Below the pieces are notes generated by a model. It saw only the letters and a program-made list of their open reading frames with translations, was not told where the DNA came from and searched no databases. Both the position numbers and the translations under genes were made by a program. Source: Oscillospiraceae bacterium (GTDB lineage Bacteria; Bacillota; Clostridia; Oscillospirales; Acutalibacteraceae). From it: a DNA stretch of 64,000 bases. The stretch lies in the NCBI GenBank assembly GCA_015066325.1, contig SVOP01000001.1, positions 1,668 to 65,667 on the forward strand. The letters run 5' to 3'. Below are positions 44,255-53,466 of the stretch, piece by piece. Positions within the stretch are counted from its first letter, which is position 1; every line of letters begins with the position of its first letter.

Positions 44255-44282
44255 TTGCCAAGTGGCAAAATAGTGGTATAAT
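44255..44282 (+). promoter_or_regulatory. Candidate nadA promoter with an overlapping palindrome
   Basis: TTGCCA (44255-44260), a 16-nt spacer, then TGgTATAAT (-10 at 44277-44282). The -35 element is part of the perfect palindrome TTGCCAAGTGGCAA (44255-44268). Confidence 0.45.
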
Positions 44283-44326
44283 CATAATGAAGTAGTTTGA
44301 TTATTCAAATTATATGAGGTGATGTA

Positions 44327-45244
44327 ATGAACAAGCAGGAGCTTAAAAATAAAATTATTGAGGCAAAAAAGGCAACTGATACGGTAATACTTGCACACAC
44401 ATACCAAGACCCCGATATTATTGATATTGCAGATATCACGGGGGACAGCTTCTTTTTAAGCAAAAAAGCTGCAGAAATTAAAGCCAGAAGAGTTGTAATG
44501 TGCGGTGTTCGCTTTATGGCAGAAAGTGTTAAAATTCTTTCTCCTGAAACCGAAACGATTCTTCCCGTTGCAACTGCAACCTGCCCCATGGCAGAGCAGA
44601 TTGCTCCTGAAAAAGTAAGAAAATTCAAGGAAGAAAACCCTGATACAGAGGTTGTTGCATATATTAATACAACTGCAGCACTTAAAGCGGAATGTGATGT
44701 TTGTGTAACAAGCTCTTCCGCAATTAAAATTGTTAAAAAGCTTCAGGGAGATGAGATTCTTTTCATTCCCGATCAGCATTTAGGCTCTTTTGTTCAGAAA
44801 AGTGTACCCGAAAAGAAGCTTATTTTGTGGGACGGTTACTGTCCCGTTCACGCTCAGCTTACTAAAGAAGATGTTTTAAAATGCAAAGCGGAGCATCCCG
44901 ATGCAGTCTTTGCAGTTCATCCCGAATCACCCAAAGAGGTTGTTGAGCTTGCAGATATGGTGGGTGCAACAAGTGAAATTATAAGCTATGCAAAATCACA
45001 AAAAGGAAAAGTTATTATAGGAACAGAGAGGGGCGTTGTTGATTATCTTGCCATTAACGAAGAAAATGGTGAAAGATTTATTCAGCTTGCTCCCGAAAAG
45101 CTCTGTTGCGAGGATATGAAAAAAATCACTCTCGGGGACGTTTATAAAGCCATAATCGGTGAGGGTGGAGAAAAGGTAGAATTAGAAGAGGGTTTACGCA
45201 AAAAAGCACTTAAAAGCATAAACCGTATGCTTGAATTGGGGTAA
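44327..45244 (+). CDS. nadA: Quinolinate synthase
   Basis: ILAHTYQDPDIIDIADITGDSFFLSKKA, with conserved Cys residues and NadA length. It is followed by nadB and nadC. Confidence 0.9.
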   Translation: MNKQELKNKIIEAKKATDTVILAHTYQDPDIIDIADITGDSFFLSKKAAEIKARRVVMCGVRFMAESVKILSPETETILPVATATCPMAEQIAPEKVRKFKEENPDTEVVAYINTTAALKAECDVCVTSSSAIKIVKKLQGDEILFIPDQHLGSFVQKSVPEKKLILWDGYCPVHAQLTKEDVLKCKAEHPDAVFAVHPESPKEVVELADMVGATSEIISYAKSQKGKVIIGTERGVVDYLAINEENGERFIQLAPEKLCCEDMKKITLGDVYKAIIGEGGEKVELEEGLRKKALKSINRMLELG

Positions 45245-45248
45245 GAAA

Positions 45249-46718
45249 ATGAATCTTTCCGAATTAAAAAAACATTATAGTGTAGTCATTGTGGGAAGCG
45301 GACTTGCAGGGCTTTACGGAGCTCTCAATTTCCCTGAGGATATTGATGTTCTTATGCTTTCCAAAAAGGAACGGCACCAGTCCAACAGCTCCTTGGCACA
45401 AGGCGGTGTTGCTTGTGTGCTTGATTTGGAAAACGATAGCTATGACTTGCATATTGAAGATACACTTATTGCAGGTGGCAGAGTAAATGATATTGATGCA
45501 GTAACCCAGCTCGTTGAAGAGGGCCCCGGGGATGTTTTAAGAACAATAGACTACGGCGTTGAATATGACCGTGATGAAAATGGTGAGCTAATCAAAACCC
45601 TTGAGGGAGGGCATTGCAGAAGAAGAATTGTTCACCATAAGGATACATCGGGTAAAGAAATGGTGGACAAGTTAGTTCTTGCAGTTGAAAAGCTTCCTAA
45701 TGTTACTCTTTCCGATGAAACAATGGTAACCTCAATGAGCCGTATAAAAAACGGTTTTAAGGTTGAAATAATGAGGGGTAATGAGTTCAGAACCGTTTAT
45801 GCAGATTTTGTGCTTCTGGCATCGGGTGGCATCGGCAGAGTTTATAAATACACAACTAACCCGTCCGTTGCAACAGGGGACGGAATACGCCTTGCTTATG
45901 AAATGGGTGCTTCAATTAAAAACTTAAGCTATGTTCAGTTTCATCCAACAGCATTTAACGGCGCAAACAGAGAGCAGTTTTTAATCAGTGAAGCGGTAAG
46001 AGGTGAGGGCGCATATCTTCTTAATTGCAATAAAGAGCGATTTATGGACAGATATGACAGCCGTCTTGAGCTTGCACCCAGAGACGTAGTTTCCCGTTCG
46101 GTTATTATGGAATCAAGGCGTTTGGGAAGCAACAGCTTCTATCTTGATATCCGATATAAAGGTGAGGAATATCTTAAAAAGCGTTTCCCCGGTATTTATG
46201 CAGGATGCTTAAGTCAGGGTGTTGATATTTCAAAGGATTTAATTCCTGTTTTCCCCTGTCAGCATTATCTTATGGGTGGCATTGAGGTTGATTTGAATGC
46301 GAGAACAACCCTTCCACGACTTTATGCCGCAGGTGAATGTGCATGCACAGGTGTCCACGGCAAAAACCGCCTTGCCAGCAACTCTCTTTTAGAAGCACTT
46401 GTTTTCGGAAGAAAAGCGGCAGAGGATATTACCCGTTGCATAAGAGCAGGATTTTATAAATTAACCATTCCCGAGGAAAAGGAAGCGGACAGAACCGGTG
46501 CACCTCTTCCAAAAGGAACGAGAACTGAAATCCGGGATATTATGCAACGAGCATATTTCGTTATTCCCGATGAGGGTGCAATACCTCAAGGGAAAAAACG
46601 AATTGAAAATATACTTAACAGGCTTAAAAACGGTAAGTTTGCGGTAACAGCAGATTATTGTGAGGCTCTTTCCCTTGCTACCATAGCTTATATAATTCTT
46701 CAGGAGGTTGACAAATGA
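45249..46718 (+). CDS. nadB: L-aspartate oxidase
   Basis: FAD motif VVIVGSGLAGLYGA. Also AQGG, HPTA and RLASNSLLE. The track ORF starts at 45231; the ATG at 45249 avoids overlap with nadA. Confidence 0.9.
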   Translation: MNLSELKKHYSVVIVGSGLAGLYGALNFPEDIDVLMLSKKERHQSNSSLAQGGVACVLDLENDSYDLHIEDTLIAGGRVNDIDAVTQLVEEGPGDVLRTIDYGVEYDRDENGELIKTLEGGHCRRRIVHHKDTSGKEMVDKLVLAVEKLPNVTLSDETMVTSMSRIKNGFKVEIMRGNEFRTVYADFVLLASGGIGRVYKYTTNPSVATGDGIRLAYEMGASIKNLSYVQFHPTAFNGANREQFLISEAVRGEGAYLLNCNKERFMDRYDSRLELAPRDVVSRSVIMESRRLGSNSFYLDIRYKGEEYLKKRFPGIYAGCLSQGVDISKDLIPVFPCQHYLMGGIEVDLNARTTLPRLYAAGECACTGVHGKNRLASNSLLEALVFGRKAAEDITRCIRAGFYKLTIPEEKEADRTGAPLPKGTRTEIRDIMQRAYFVIPDEGAIPQGKKRIENILNRLKNGKFAVTADYCEALSLATIAYIILQEVDK

Positions 46719-47554
46719 TATTACCACAGTTTTATATTGATGATTTAATAAAAAATGCAATTACCGAGGATATAAACTACATTGATGTTGCAACTGATTA
46801 TCTTTTAGATGAAGGTTCTGTCAGCGAGGCATATTTTGTTGCTAAAGCTGACGGTGTGCTTTGTGGTGCGGAAATTGCAATGAGAGTATTTGAGCTTCTT
46901 GATGAACAATTCTCATACACTCTTTATAAAAAAGACGGTGACGTGGTTAAGAACGGCGACCTTATTGCAGAATTCAAGGGCAGAACAGTTAAGCTTCTTA
47001 AAGGAGAAAGAACTGCACTTAATCTGATTCAGCATATGAGCGGAATTGCAACTCTCACAAATGAATGTGTAAAGCAGACCGAGGGAACAAGAGCAACAAT
47101 TGCGGATACAAGAAAAACTCTTCCGGGTCTTCGCTCTCTTCAGAAATATGCAGTAACCTGCGGTGGCGGAAGAAACCATCGCTATAACCTTTCCGATTGT
47201 GCAATGCTTAAGGATAACCATGTTGATGCAAAAGGCGGAATTACTGCGGCGGTTATGGCTCTTCGTGAGAAAATCGGTCACACAGTAAAAATAGAGGTTG
47301 AAACAAGAACTCTTGCTGAGGTTGAAGAAGCAGTTTCTGTTGGCGCAGATATTATTATGCTCGATAATATGGATAACGAAACAATGAAACGTGCAGTTGA
47401 AATTGTTGACGGTAAAGCACTTCTTGAAGCTTCGGGTAATCTTACAAAAGAAAGAATTAAAAGCGTTGCAGAATTGGGCGTTGATATTCTTTCAATCGGC
47501 GCTCTTACTCATTCTGTTACAGCGTTCGATATATCAATGAAGATTAAGAAATAA
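46715..47554 (+). CDS. nadC: Nicotinate-nucleotide pyrophosphorylase (carboxylating)
   Basis: GERTALNLIQHMSGIAT, TRKTLPGLR, KYAVTCGGGRNHR and IMLDNM. Confidence 0.9.
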   Translation: MILPQFYIDDLIKNAITEDINYIDVATDYLLDEGSVSEAYFVAKADGVLCGAEIAMRVFELLDEQFSYTLYKKDGDVVKNGDLIAEFKGRTVKLLKGERTALNLIQHMSGIATLTNECVKQTEGTRATIADTRKTLPGLRSLQKYAVTCGGGRNHRYNLSDCAMLKDNHVDAKGGITAAVMALREKIGHTVKIEVETRTLAEVEEAVSVGADIIMLDNMDNETMKRAVEIVDGKALLEASGNLTKERIKSVAELGVDILSIGALTHSVTAFDISMKIKK

Positions 47555-47566
47555 CAGGTGCTCTTT

Positions 47567-49822
47567 ATGGACTATAAATACAAAAATTCTGCTCTTTCCC
47601 CCGAGGAAAGAGCAGAAGATTTACTTTCTTTAATGACTTTGGAAGAAAAGGTTGCTCAGATTGATATTCTTCGTGGTGTTGAATATGCAACTGTTCCCAG
47701 CACATTGAACCATTGTTGCATTCACGAGTCTTCCGATGTGGATTATGAAAAATTCCGTAAAACTGTTGGTGACAGAGGCATCGGCTTTATTCACGATTCT
47801 TATACAATTCCTGAGGTTTTCAACAAATTTCAGAAATATCTTGTAGAGAAAACAAGACTTGGTATTCCTTGTATTTTCACAGGTGAAGCTCTTCACGGAA
47901 TTTCGTTTCCCGGTGCAACAATTTTCCCGGTTCCTCTCGGTCTTGGCGCAAGCTTCAACAGAGAACTTGTTAATAAAACAGGTAAGGCTATCGGTGCGGA
48001 AACCCGCGCTTTAGGTATGCAGGAAATTCTTGCTCCCAACCTTGATGTTGCAAGAGAGCCTCGTTGGGGAAGAGTTGAGGAAACCTTTGGCGAAGATACA
48101 TATCTCTGCTCCGAAATGGGTTATTCCATTATTACAGGTGAACAGAAAAACGGCGATTTTGCAAGAAACGATGCAGTTTTAACTGAGCCCAAGCATTATT
48201 GTGTTCACGGTATGCCTGAAAACGGCATTAACTGTGCAAATGCAAGGGTTGGCAAAAGAGAAATCGAGCAATGCTACCTTCCTGTTTTTGAAAAAGCAAT
48301 AACTAAAGCGGGGGCGTACAATGTAATGTCCTGCTATAACTGTATTGACGGCGAGGTTGTTGCAAGTTCAAAGCATTATTTAACAGATATTCTCCGTGGC
48401 AGATATGGTCTTAAAGGCTATGTCCGTGCGGACTGGGGTTCAATTACAAGACTTGTTACTGCTCACAGAACTGCCGCAAATCACGTTGATGCCATTTGTG
48501 ATTCAGTTAATGCAGGTCTTGATATGCAGGGCTGCCTTGATTATACACCTGAATTCTGGGAAAGCACTCTTTTGAAGCTTATTAAAGAGGGAAGAGTTTC
48601 CGAAGAGCTTATAAATAATTCTGTAAAGAATGTGCTTAAGGTTAAATTTGAGCTTGGACTTTTTGAAAATCCTTATACAGACGAAGAGCATTATAAAGAT
48701 GTTATCAGATGCGATGAGCACAAAAAAATTGCTCTTGACGGTGCTCGTCAGGCTATGACCTTGCTTGAAAATGACGGAATTCTTCCTCTTAAAAAGAAGT
48801 ATAAAACTATTGCCGTTGTTGGTCCTTCTTCTGCAAGGCAGAGAGTGGGCGGTTATTCTTCCGTTCCCTATGGCTATACAGTGAAATCTGTTTATGAAGA
48901 GCTTAAGAATGCTTTGGGAGATGAATTTACCGTTCTTCAAAGCTCAGGTTGCGGAATTCCTAAAGGCGTTGAAGCGGTTGCTATGGAAGACGGTCAGCCC
49001 CATCTTATTGAGGTTTATGATGAGGATGAAAGCGGAAGCATTGAGGATGCAGTTAAGATTGCAGAGCAAAGCGATCTTGTTATCTTCGTTGGCGGTGATA
49101 ACAACTTTACAAGTGGCGAGGGTCACGACCGTTCAAGCCTTGTGTTGCCGGGCAAACAGAGAGAGCTTATTCTTGAGGTTGCAAAAACAGGTAAACCTTT
49201 AATTCTTGTTTTTGAAAACGGCAGAGCAATAGATTTAAGTGAAGAGGTTAAGGTTTCGAACGCTATTCTCGTTTCCTGGTTCGGTGGCGAGTTTGGTGCA
49301 AAAGCAATTGTTGACACTCTTTTAGGTGAAAATAATCCTGCGGGTAGAGTGCCTGTTTCATTCCCTGCGGATTCCAACAGAATTCCTTGCTACTATTCAA
49401 TTCTTCCCAATCACACAGAAATGATGTTTGAGGGAGAAAGAGGTCCCAGATATGCCTTTGGTTACGGACTTTCTTATACAGAGTTTGAATATAGCAATTT
49501 AAGAATTGAAAAGCAGGGTAGAACAGATTATACAGTTACATTTGACGTTAAAAATATCGGTTTTGTTGACGGTGACGAAGTTACGCAGCTTTATGTAAAT
49601 GATGTTGTATCATCTGTTGTAACACCGCTTAAACTGCTGAAAGGCTTTGAAAGAATCAGCCTTAAAGCAGGAGAAAAGAAAACTGTAGAATTCAAGCTCG
49701 ATTTTGAATCCTTCCGCCTTCTCAATAAAAATTTTGAATGGGTTGTTGAAGACGGTGAGTTTGAAATTATGGTAGGCGCTGCTTCAAATGATATAAAGCT
49801 TAAAGAAACAATAAAGATATAA
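47567..49822 (+). CDS. Glycoside hydrolase family 3 (beta-glucosidase / beta-xylosidase-like)
   Basis: LTLEEKVAQ, REPRWGRVEETFGED, KHYCVHG, SCYN and VRADWGS. It has a C-terminal FnIII-like domain and no signal peptide. Confidence 0.85.
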   Translation: MDYKYKNSALSPEERAEDLLSLMTLEEKVAQIDILRGVEYATVPSTLNHCCIHESSDVDYEKFRKTVGDRGIGFIHDSYTIPEVFNKFQKYLVEKTRLGIPCIFTGEALHGISFPGATIFPVPLGLGASFNRELVNKTGKAIGAETRALGMQEILAPNLDVAREPRWGRVEETFGEDTYLCSEMGYSIITGEQKNGDFARNDAVLTEPKHYCVHGMPENGINCANARVGKREIEQCYLPVFEKAITKAGAYNVMSCYNCIDGEVVASSKHYLTDILRGRYGLKGYVRADWGSITRLVTAHRTAANHVDAICDSVNAGLDMQGCLDYTPEFWESTLLKLIKEGRVSEELINNSVKNVLKVKFELGLFENPYTDEEHYKDVIRCDEHKKIALDGARQAMTLLENDGILPLKKKYKTIAVVGPSSARQRVGGYSSVPYGYTVKSVYEELKNALGDEFTVLQSSGCGIPKGVEAVAMEDGQPHLIEVYDEDESGSIEDAVKIAEQSDLVIFVGGDNNFTSGEGHDRSSLVLPGKQRELILEVAKTGKPLILVFENGRAIDLSEEVKVSNAILVSWFGGEFGAKAIVDTLLGENNPAGRVPVSFPADSNRIPCYYSILPNHTEMMFEGERGPRYAFGYGLSYTEFEYSNLRIEKQGRTDYTVTFDVKNIGFVDGDEVTQLYVNDVVSSVVTPLKLLKGFERISLKAGEKKTVEFKLDFESFRLLNKNFEWVVEDGEFEIMVGAASNDIKLKETIKI

Positions 49823-49826
49823 AAAT

Positions 49827-49865
49827 ATGACTGCATCAAATTTTAAGAGAATTTGATGCAGTCAT
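49827..49865. terminator. Bidirectional terminator between convergent genes
   Basis: ATGACTGCATCAAATT / AATTTGATGCAGTCAT hairpin. Confidence 0.7.
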
Positions 49866-49869
49866 TTAG

Positions 49870-51336
49870 TTATTTTGTAATTGCTATTTTTTTTGCTTTT
49901 CTTTTATCTCGGAATTTTTTTAAAATCGGTACCTTTATCTGTGGTTCGTTGTCGTTACATTTTTCAACAACAATCATATAGATAATCACCAGAAGAAGAT
50001 ACGGCATAGGACATAAAATTCCGGGATTCACCAAGGACATAAGCTCAAGACTTATATAAGAAAGGAAGATTGTCATATTGAAAAGAGTTGCCCGTTTCCA
50101 TATTAAAAGGTTTCGTTTGATGAATTGGTAAGTGAAAGCAATGATACCTATTATGCCGAAGCTGCCTGCAATCTGAATAGGTTCACAGTGATACCAGCAA
50201 AGAGAACCGGGCTTGTTTTTGAAAATATCGCGGTTTGTCATATTGCCCAGGCCTGTTCCGAATATTGGGTGGTTAAGGAAATCTTCAACGCCGCGGGCAT
50301 AGTGGCGAACACGGGTTTCTGTATCTGCACCGCCCATCAGGAATTCATTAAGAACCTTAAAAACTCGCTGAATTGTGGTGTTTAAAAAGCTTGTGATTTC
50401 GGGAAGATAGGTAAGAGCAATGAACACAAAGCAACCGCAGATAATAAGGTATGCAAGTCTTCTGCGTTTGTCGTAGAGGATATACATAACAATACACATA
50501 ACCATTTCAATAGAGCCGAAAATCATACCGCCTCTTGAACCGGTTAAAAGTGTTGCGATGAAGAATATGAATGCCAGAATTGCCGCAGAGGATTTGCGGT
50601 TTCCTAAAAGAAACGCAAAGGGCATTGCCATCATAAGCATTGTTGAAGCATTATTTCTCCATCTGATATAGAAAATACCACCTTCATCAATAACTGTGTT
50701 TATGTTGATAATATAGTGCATAAATACCATAAAAGATATAAACAAGCCTATGACTACCATAACATCAGTAAGCTTTTCTATTAATAAATAATCCTTATTT
50801 GTGTTGATTTTTGAATAGAAAAAGCAATATAAAAGAAGCATACCGAAGCCGATGCCAAGCATATTGTAAATAGCCGCACCGCCGAAGTAATCCTTGGCGG
50901 AAATAACTCCGACACCACCGATTGTTACCGCAAAGGAAACAAACAGCATGGGCAGGAATTGAGAACCTTTAATAGTAGGCTTTTTAAAATATGTGATTAT
51001 ATTGAATAAAACCATCGCAACCAAGGGTATTGCAAGCCACCATATTTCACCAAAGGTTGATAAAGAGTTATAGCACCGTATACCTATACAATAGGTAAAC
51101 ATTGCAGGAATGAGCATAGCAAAAATATCACCACTGAGAACAAAAACAACACCGGTGATATACGCTAAAACAACTGAACCCCATATATGATATTGGGCTT
51201 TGGGGAAATATGAATGTAAGCAAGCAAAAACACCTGCTATAACAAAAAGGATAGTCATCCATTTTTCGCTCAGCAGAAATTTGCGTATCTGCTCAAGCCT
51301 CTGCAAAGCTTTTTCTGATTTTAATATATATTCCAT
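49870..51336 (-). CDS. O-antigen ligase / Wzy-family polytopic membrane protein
   Basis: About 12 TM helices and the TGSRGGMIF motif typical of the Wzy_C family. Confidence 0.55.
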   Translation of the reverse strand: MEYILKSEKALQRLEQIRKFLLSEKWMTILFVIAGVFACLHSYFPKAQYHIWGSVVLAYITGVVFVLSGDIFAMLIPAMFTYCIGIRCYNSLSTFGEIWWLAIPLVAMVLFNIITYFKKPTIKGSQFLPMLFVSFAVTIGGVGVISAKDYFGGAAIYNMLGIGFGMLLLYCFFYSKINTNKDYLLIEKLTDVMVVIGLFISFMVFMHYIININTVIDEGGIFYIRWRNNASTMLMMAMPFAFLLGNRKSSAAILAFIFFIATLLTGSRGGMIFGSIEMVMCIVMYILYDKRRRLAYLIICGCFVFIALTYLPEITSFLNTTIQRVFKVLNEFLMGGADTETRVRHYARGVEDFLNHPIFGTGLGNMTNRDIFKNKPGSLCWYHCEPIQIAGSFGIIGIIAFTYQFIKRNLLIWKRATLFNMTIFLSYISLELMSLVNPGILCPMPYLLLVIIYMIVVEKCNDNEPQIKVPILKKFRDKRKAKKIAITK

Positions 51337-51429
51337 TATTATGTACCACGCAATAATAAGTTTCTATTGTATCTTCATCTTATCATTATATACTAATTTT
51401 GAAAAAACACAATAAATATTACAAAGTTG

Positions 51430-51463
51430 TAAAAAATCACTCACATAAAACTATGTGAGCGAT
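51430..51463 (-). terminator. Rho-independent terminator after the ABC exporter operon
   Basis: Minus strand reads ATCGCTCACATA-GTTT-TATGTGAGTGAT followed by TTTTTT. Confidence 0.65.
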
Positions 51464-51473
51464 TTTTCTGTTA

Positions 51474-53450
51474 TTACGATAATTCAAACTGTCCGGTGTA
51501 TAATTTATAGTATTTTCCTTTTTCTTCCAAGAGGGTGTCGTGGTCACCTTTCTCGATTATTTCACCATTTTCAAGCACCATAATTGCATTGGAGTTTCTT
51601 ACTGTTGAAAGTCTGTGGGCAATAACAAAAACAGTTTTACCCTGCATAAGAGAATCCATACCCTTTTCGATAAGGCGTTCTGTTCGGGTGTCAATTGAGC
51701 TTGTTGCTTCATCAAGGATTAATACGGGCGGGTCTGCAACAGCTGCACGTGCGATGGCAAGCAATTGCCTCTGGCCTTGTGAAAGATTTGCGCCGTCACC
51801 TGTAAGCATAGTGTTATAGCCGTCGGGAAGACGGGTGATGAAGCTGTCTGCATTGGCAATTTTTGCAGCTTTCACAATATCCTCATGGGTTGCATCAAGC
51901 TTGCCGTAGCGGATATTTTCTTCAACCGTTCCTGTGAACAGATGAGTGTCCTGGAGCACCATTGCAAGAGAACGGCGTAAATCATCCTTTTTGATTTTCT
52001 TGATATTTATGCCGTCATAGGTAATTTTGCCTTCCTGAATATCATAAAAGCGATTAATAAGATTTGTGATAGTTGTTTTACCTGCACCCGTTGAGCCAAC
52101 AAAGGCGATTTTCTGACCGGGTTTAGCATAAAGAGAAACATTTTTAAGAACTGTTTTCTTTCCGTCATAAGAGAAAGTAACATCGTGGAAACGCACATCA
52201 CCTTTAAGAAGAGTGTAAGTAACGCTTCCGTCTGCTGAGTGGGGATGCTTCCAAGCCCAAGTACCTGTTCTGGTTTCGGATTCTGTAATATTTCCGTTTT
52301 CGTCAACATTTGCATAAACGAGTGTAACATATCCGTTATCCTCTTCAGGCGTTTCATCAATGATTTCAAAAATTCTTTCTGCACCTGCAAGGGCAGCAAG
52401 AATGCTGTTCATTTGTTGTGAAATCATGCTTATGGGGCGCGAAAACTGTCTGGTGTATTGGAGAAATGGTGCAAGAGAACCAACTGAGAGTACCCCTGCT
52501 GCACCGCCAAGGAACAATCCTGTTATACCCCCTACGGCAGTGTCACCGACTTTAAGTATTATGAAAGCACCCATAGCTGCAGTAGCAGCAAAATTGAAAT
52601 ATGAAAGGTTACCCATAATGGGCATTAAAATGCTGGCAAATGTATGTGCATTTGTTGCAGCTTTTCGATAATTTTCATTAATTTCATCAAAAGTCGTTTT
52701 TGCTTTTTCCTCACGACAGAAAACCTTAACAACCTTTGAGCCCTCAATGAGTTCTTCAATATAGCCGTTAACTGCACCAACAGCCATTTGCTGACGGCGG
52801 AAATAAACGGAAGAGCGGCCTCCGATAAGCTTGATAACAAAAAGCATCACAATAAGCATAGCTATAATAAGGCAAGTAAGAGCAGGGCTGATGTAGAGCA
52901 TCATAAAGAAAATACCAACAACAGTTACAAGAGAGGACATTGTTTGCACAAGACCATTACTTATAGCTTCACGAATGGTGTCAACATCGTTAGTAAAACG
53001 GCTCATAAGCTCACCGTGGGTATGAGTATCAAAATATTTAATAGGTAAATCCTGCAGATGCTCAAAAAGGTCTTTTCTCAAAATGTTCAGAGTACCATGA
53101 GAAACATTGAGCATAAGGCGTGAATAGGTGTATTGAGCTACTGCACCTAAAATATAAATCATGCCTAAAACACAAAGATATTTCAGAATTACGGTGAAAT
53201 CTCTATTGCCGGTTGAAACCATATTGCCGATTTCATTGATAATAGGTTTTAAAAGGTATGTTCCTGCGATGTCTGCGATAGAACTGAAAAGAACAAGGAT
53301 AAAAACAACCACAAGTAAGGCTTTTTTCTGGGTGACATAAGAAAGAAGTCTTAAAAGAGTTTTTTTAGTGTTTTTCGGTTTTTCAAATTTCATTTTGCCT
53401 GCAGGTCCGGGTCCGTTGCCGTTGGGGCGTTTAATTTGTTTTTGTGCCAT
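51474..53450 (-). CDS. ABC exporter, fused permease/ATPase (heterodimer partner 2)
   Basis: Six TM helices. Walker A GSTGAGKTT, signature LSQGQRQ, Walker B LILDEATS. The start is reset to the ATG at 53450 (MAQKQIK; GGAAGGAGGAAG SD); the track start at 53582 lies inside the upstream gene. Confidence 0.9.
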   Translation of the reverse strand: MAQKQIKRPNGNGPGPAGKMKFEKPKNTKKTLLRLLSYVTQKKALLVVVFILVLFSSIADIAGTYLLKPIINEIGNMVSTGNRDFTVILKYLCVLGMIYILGAVAQYTYSRLMLNVSHGTLNILRKDLFEHLQDLPIKYFDTHTHGELMSRFTNDVDTIREAISNGLVQTMSSLVTVVGIFFMMLYISPALTCLIIAMLIVMLFVIKLIGGRSSVYFRRQQMAVGAVNGYIEELIEGSKVVKVFCREEKAKTTFDEINENYRKAATNAHTFASILMPIMGNLSYFNFAATAAMGAFIILKVGDTAVGGITGLFLGGAAGVLSVGSLAPFLQYTRQFSRPISMISQQMNSILAALAGAERIFEIIDETPEEDNGYVTLVYANVDENGNITESETRTGTWAWKHPHSADGSVTYTLLKGDVRFHDVTFSYDGKKTVLKNVSLYAKPGQKIAFVGSTGAGKTTITNLINRFYDIQEGKITYDGINIKKIKKDDLRRSLAMVLQDTHLFTGTVEENIRYGKLDATHEDIVKAAKIANADSFITRLPDGYNTMLTGDGANLSQGQRQLLAIARAAVADPPVLILDEATSSIDTRTERLIEKGMDSLMQGKTVFVIAHRLSTVRNSNAIMVLENGEIIEKGDHDTLLEEKGKYYKLYTGQFELS

Positions 53451-53466
53451 TTGACTTCCTCCTTCC

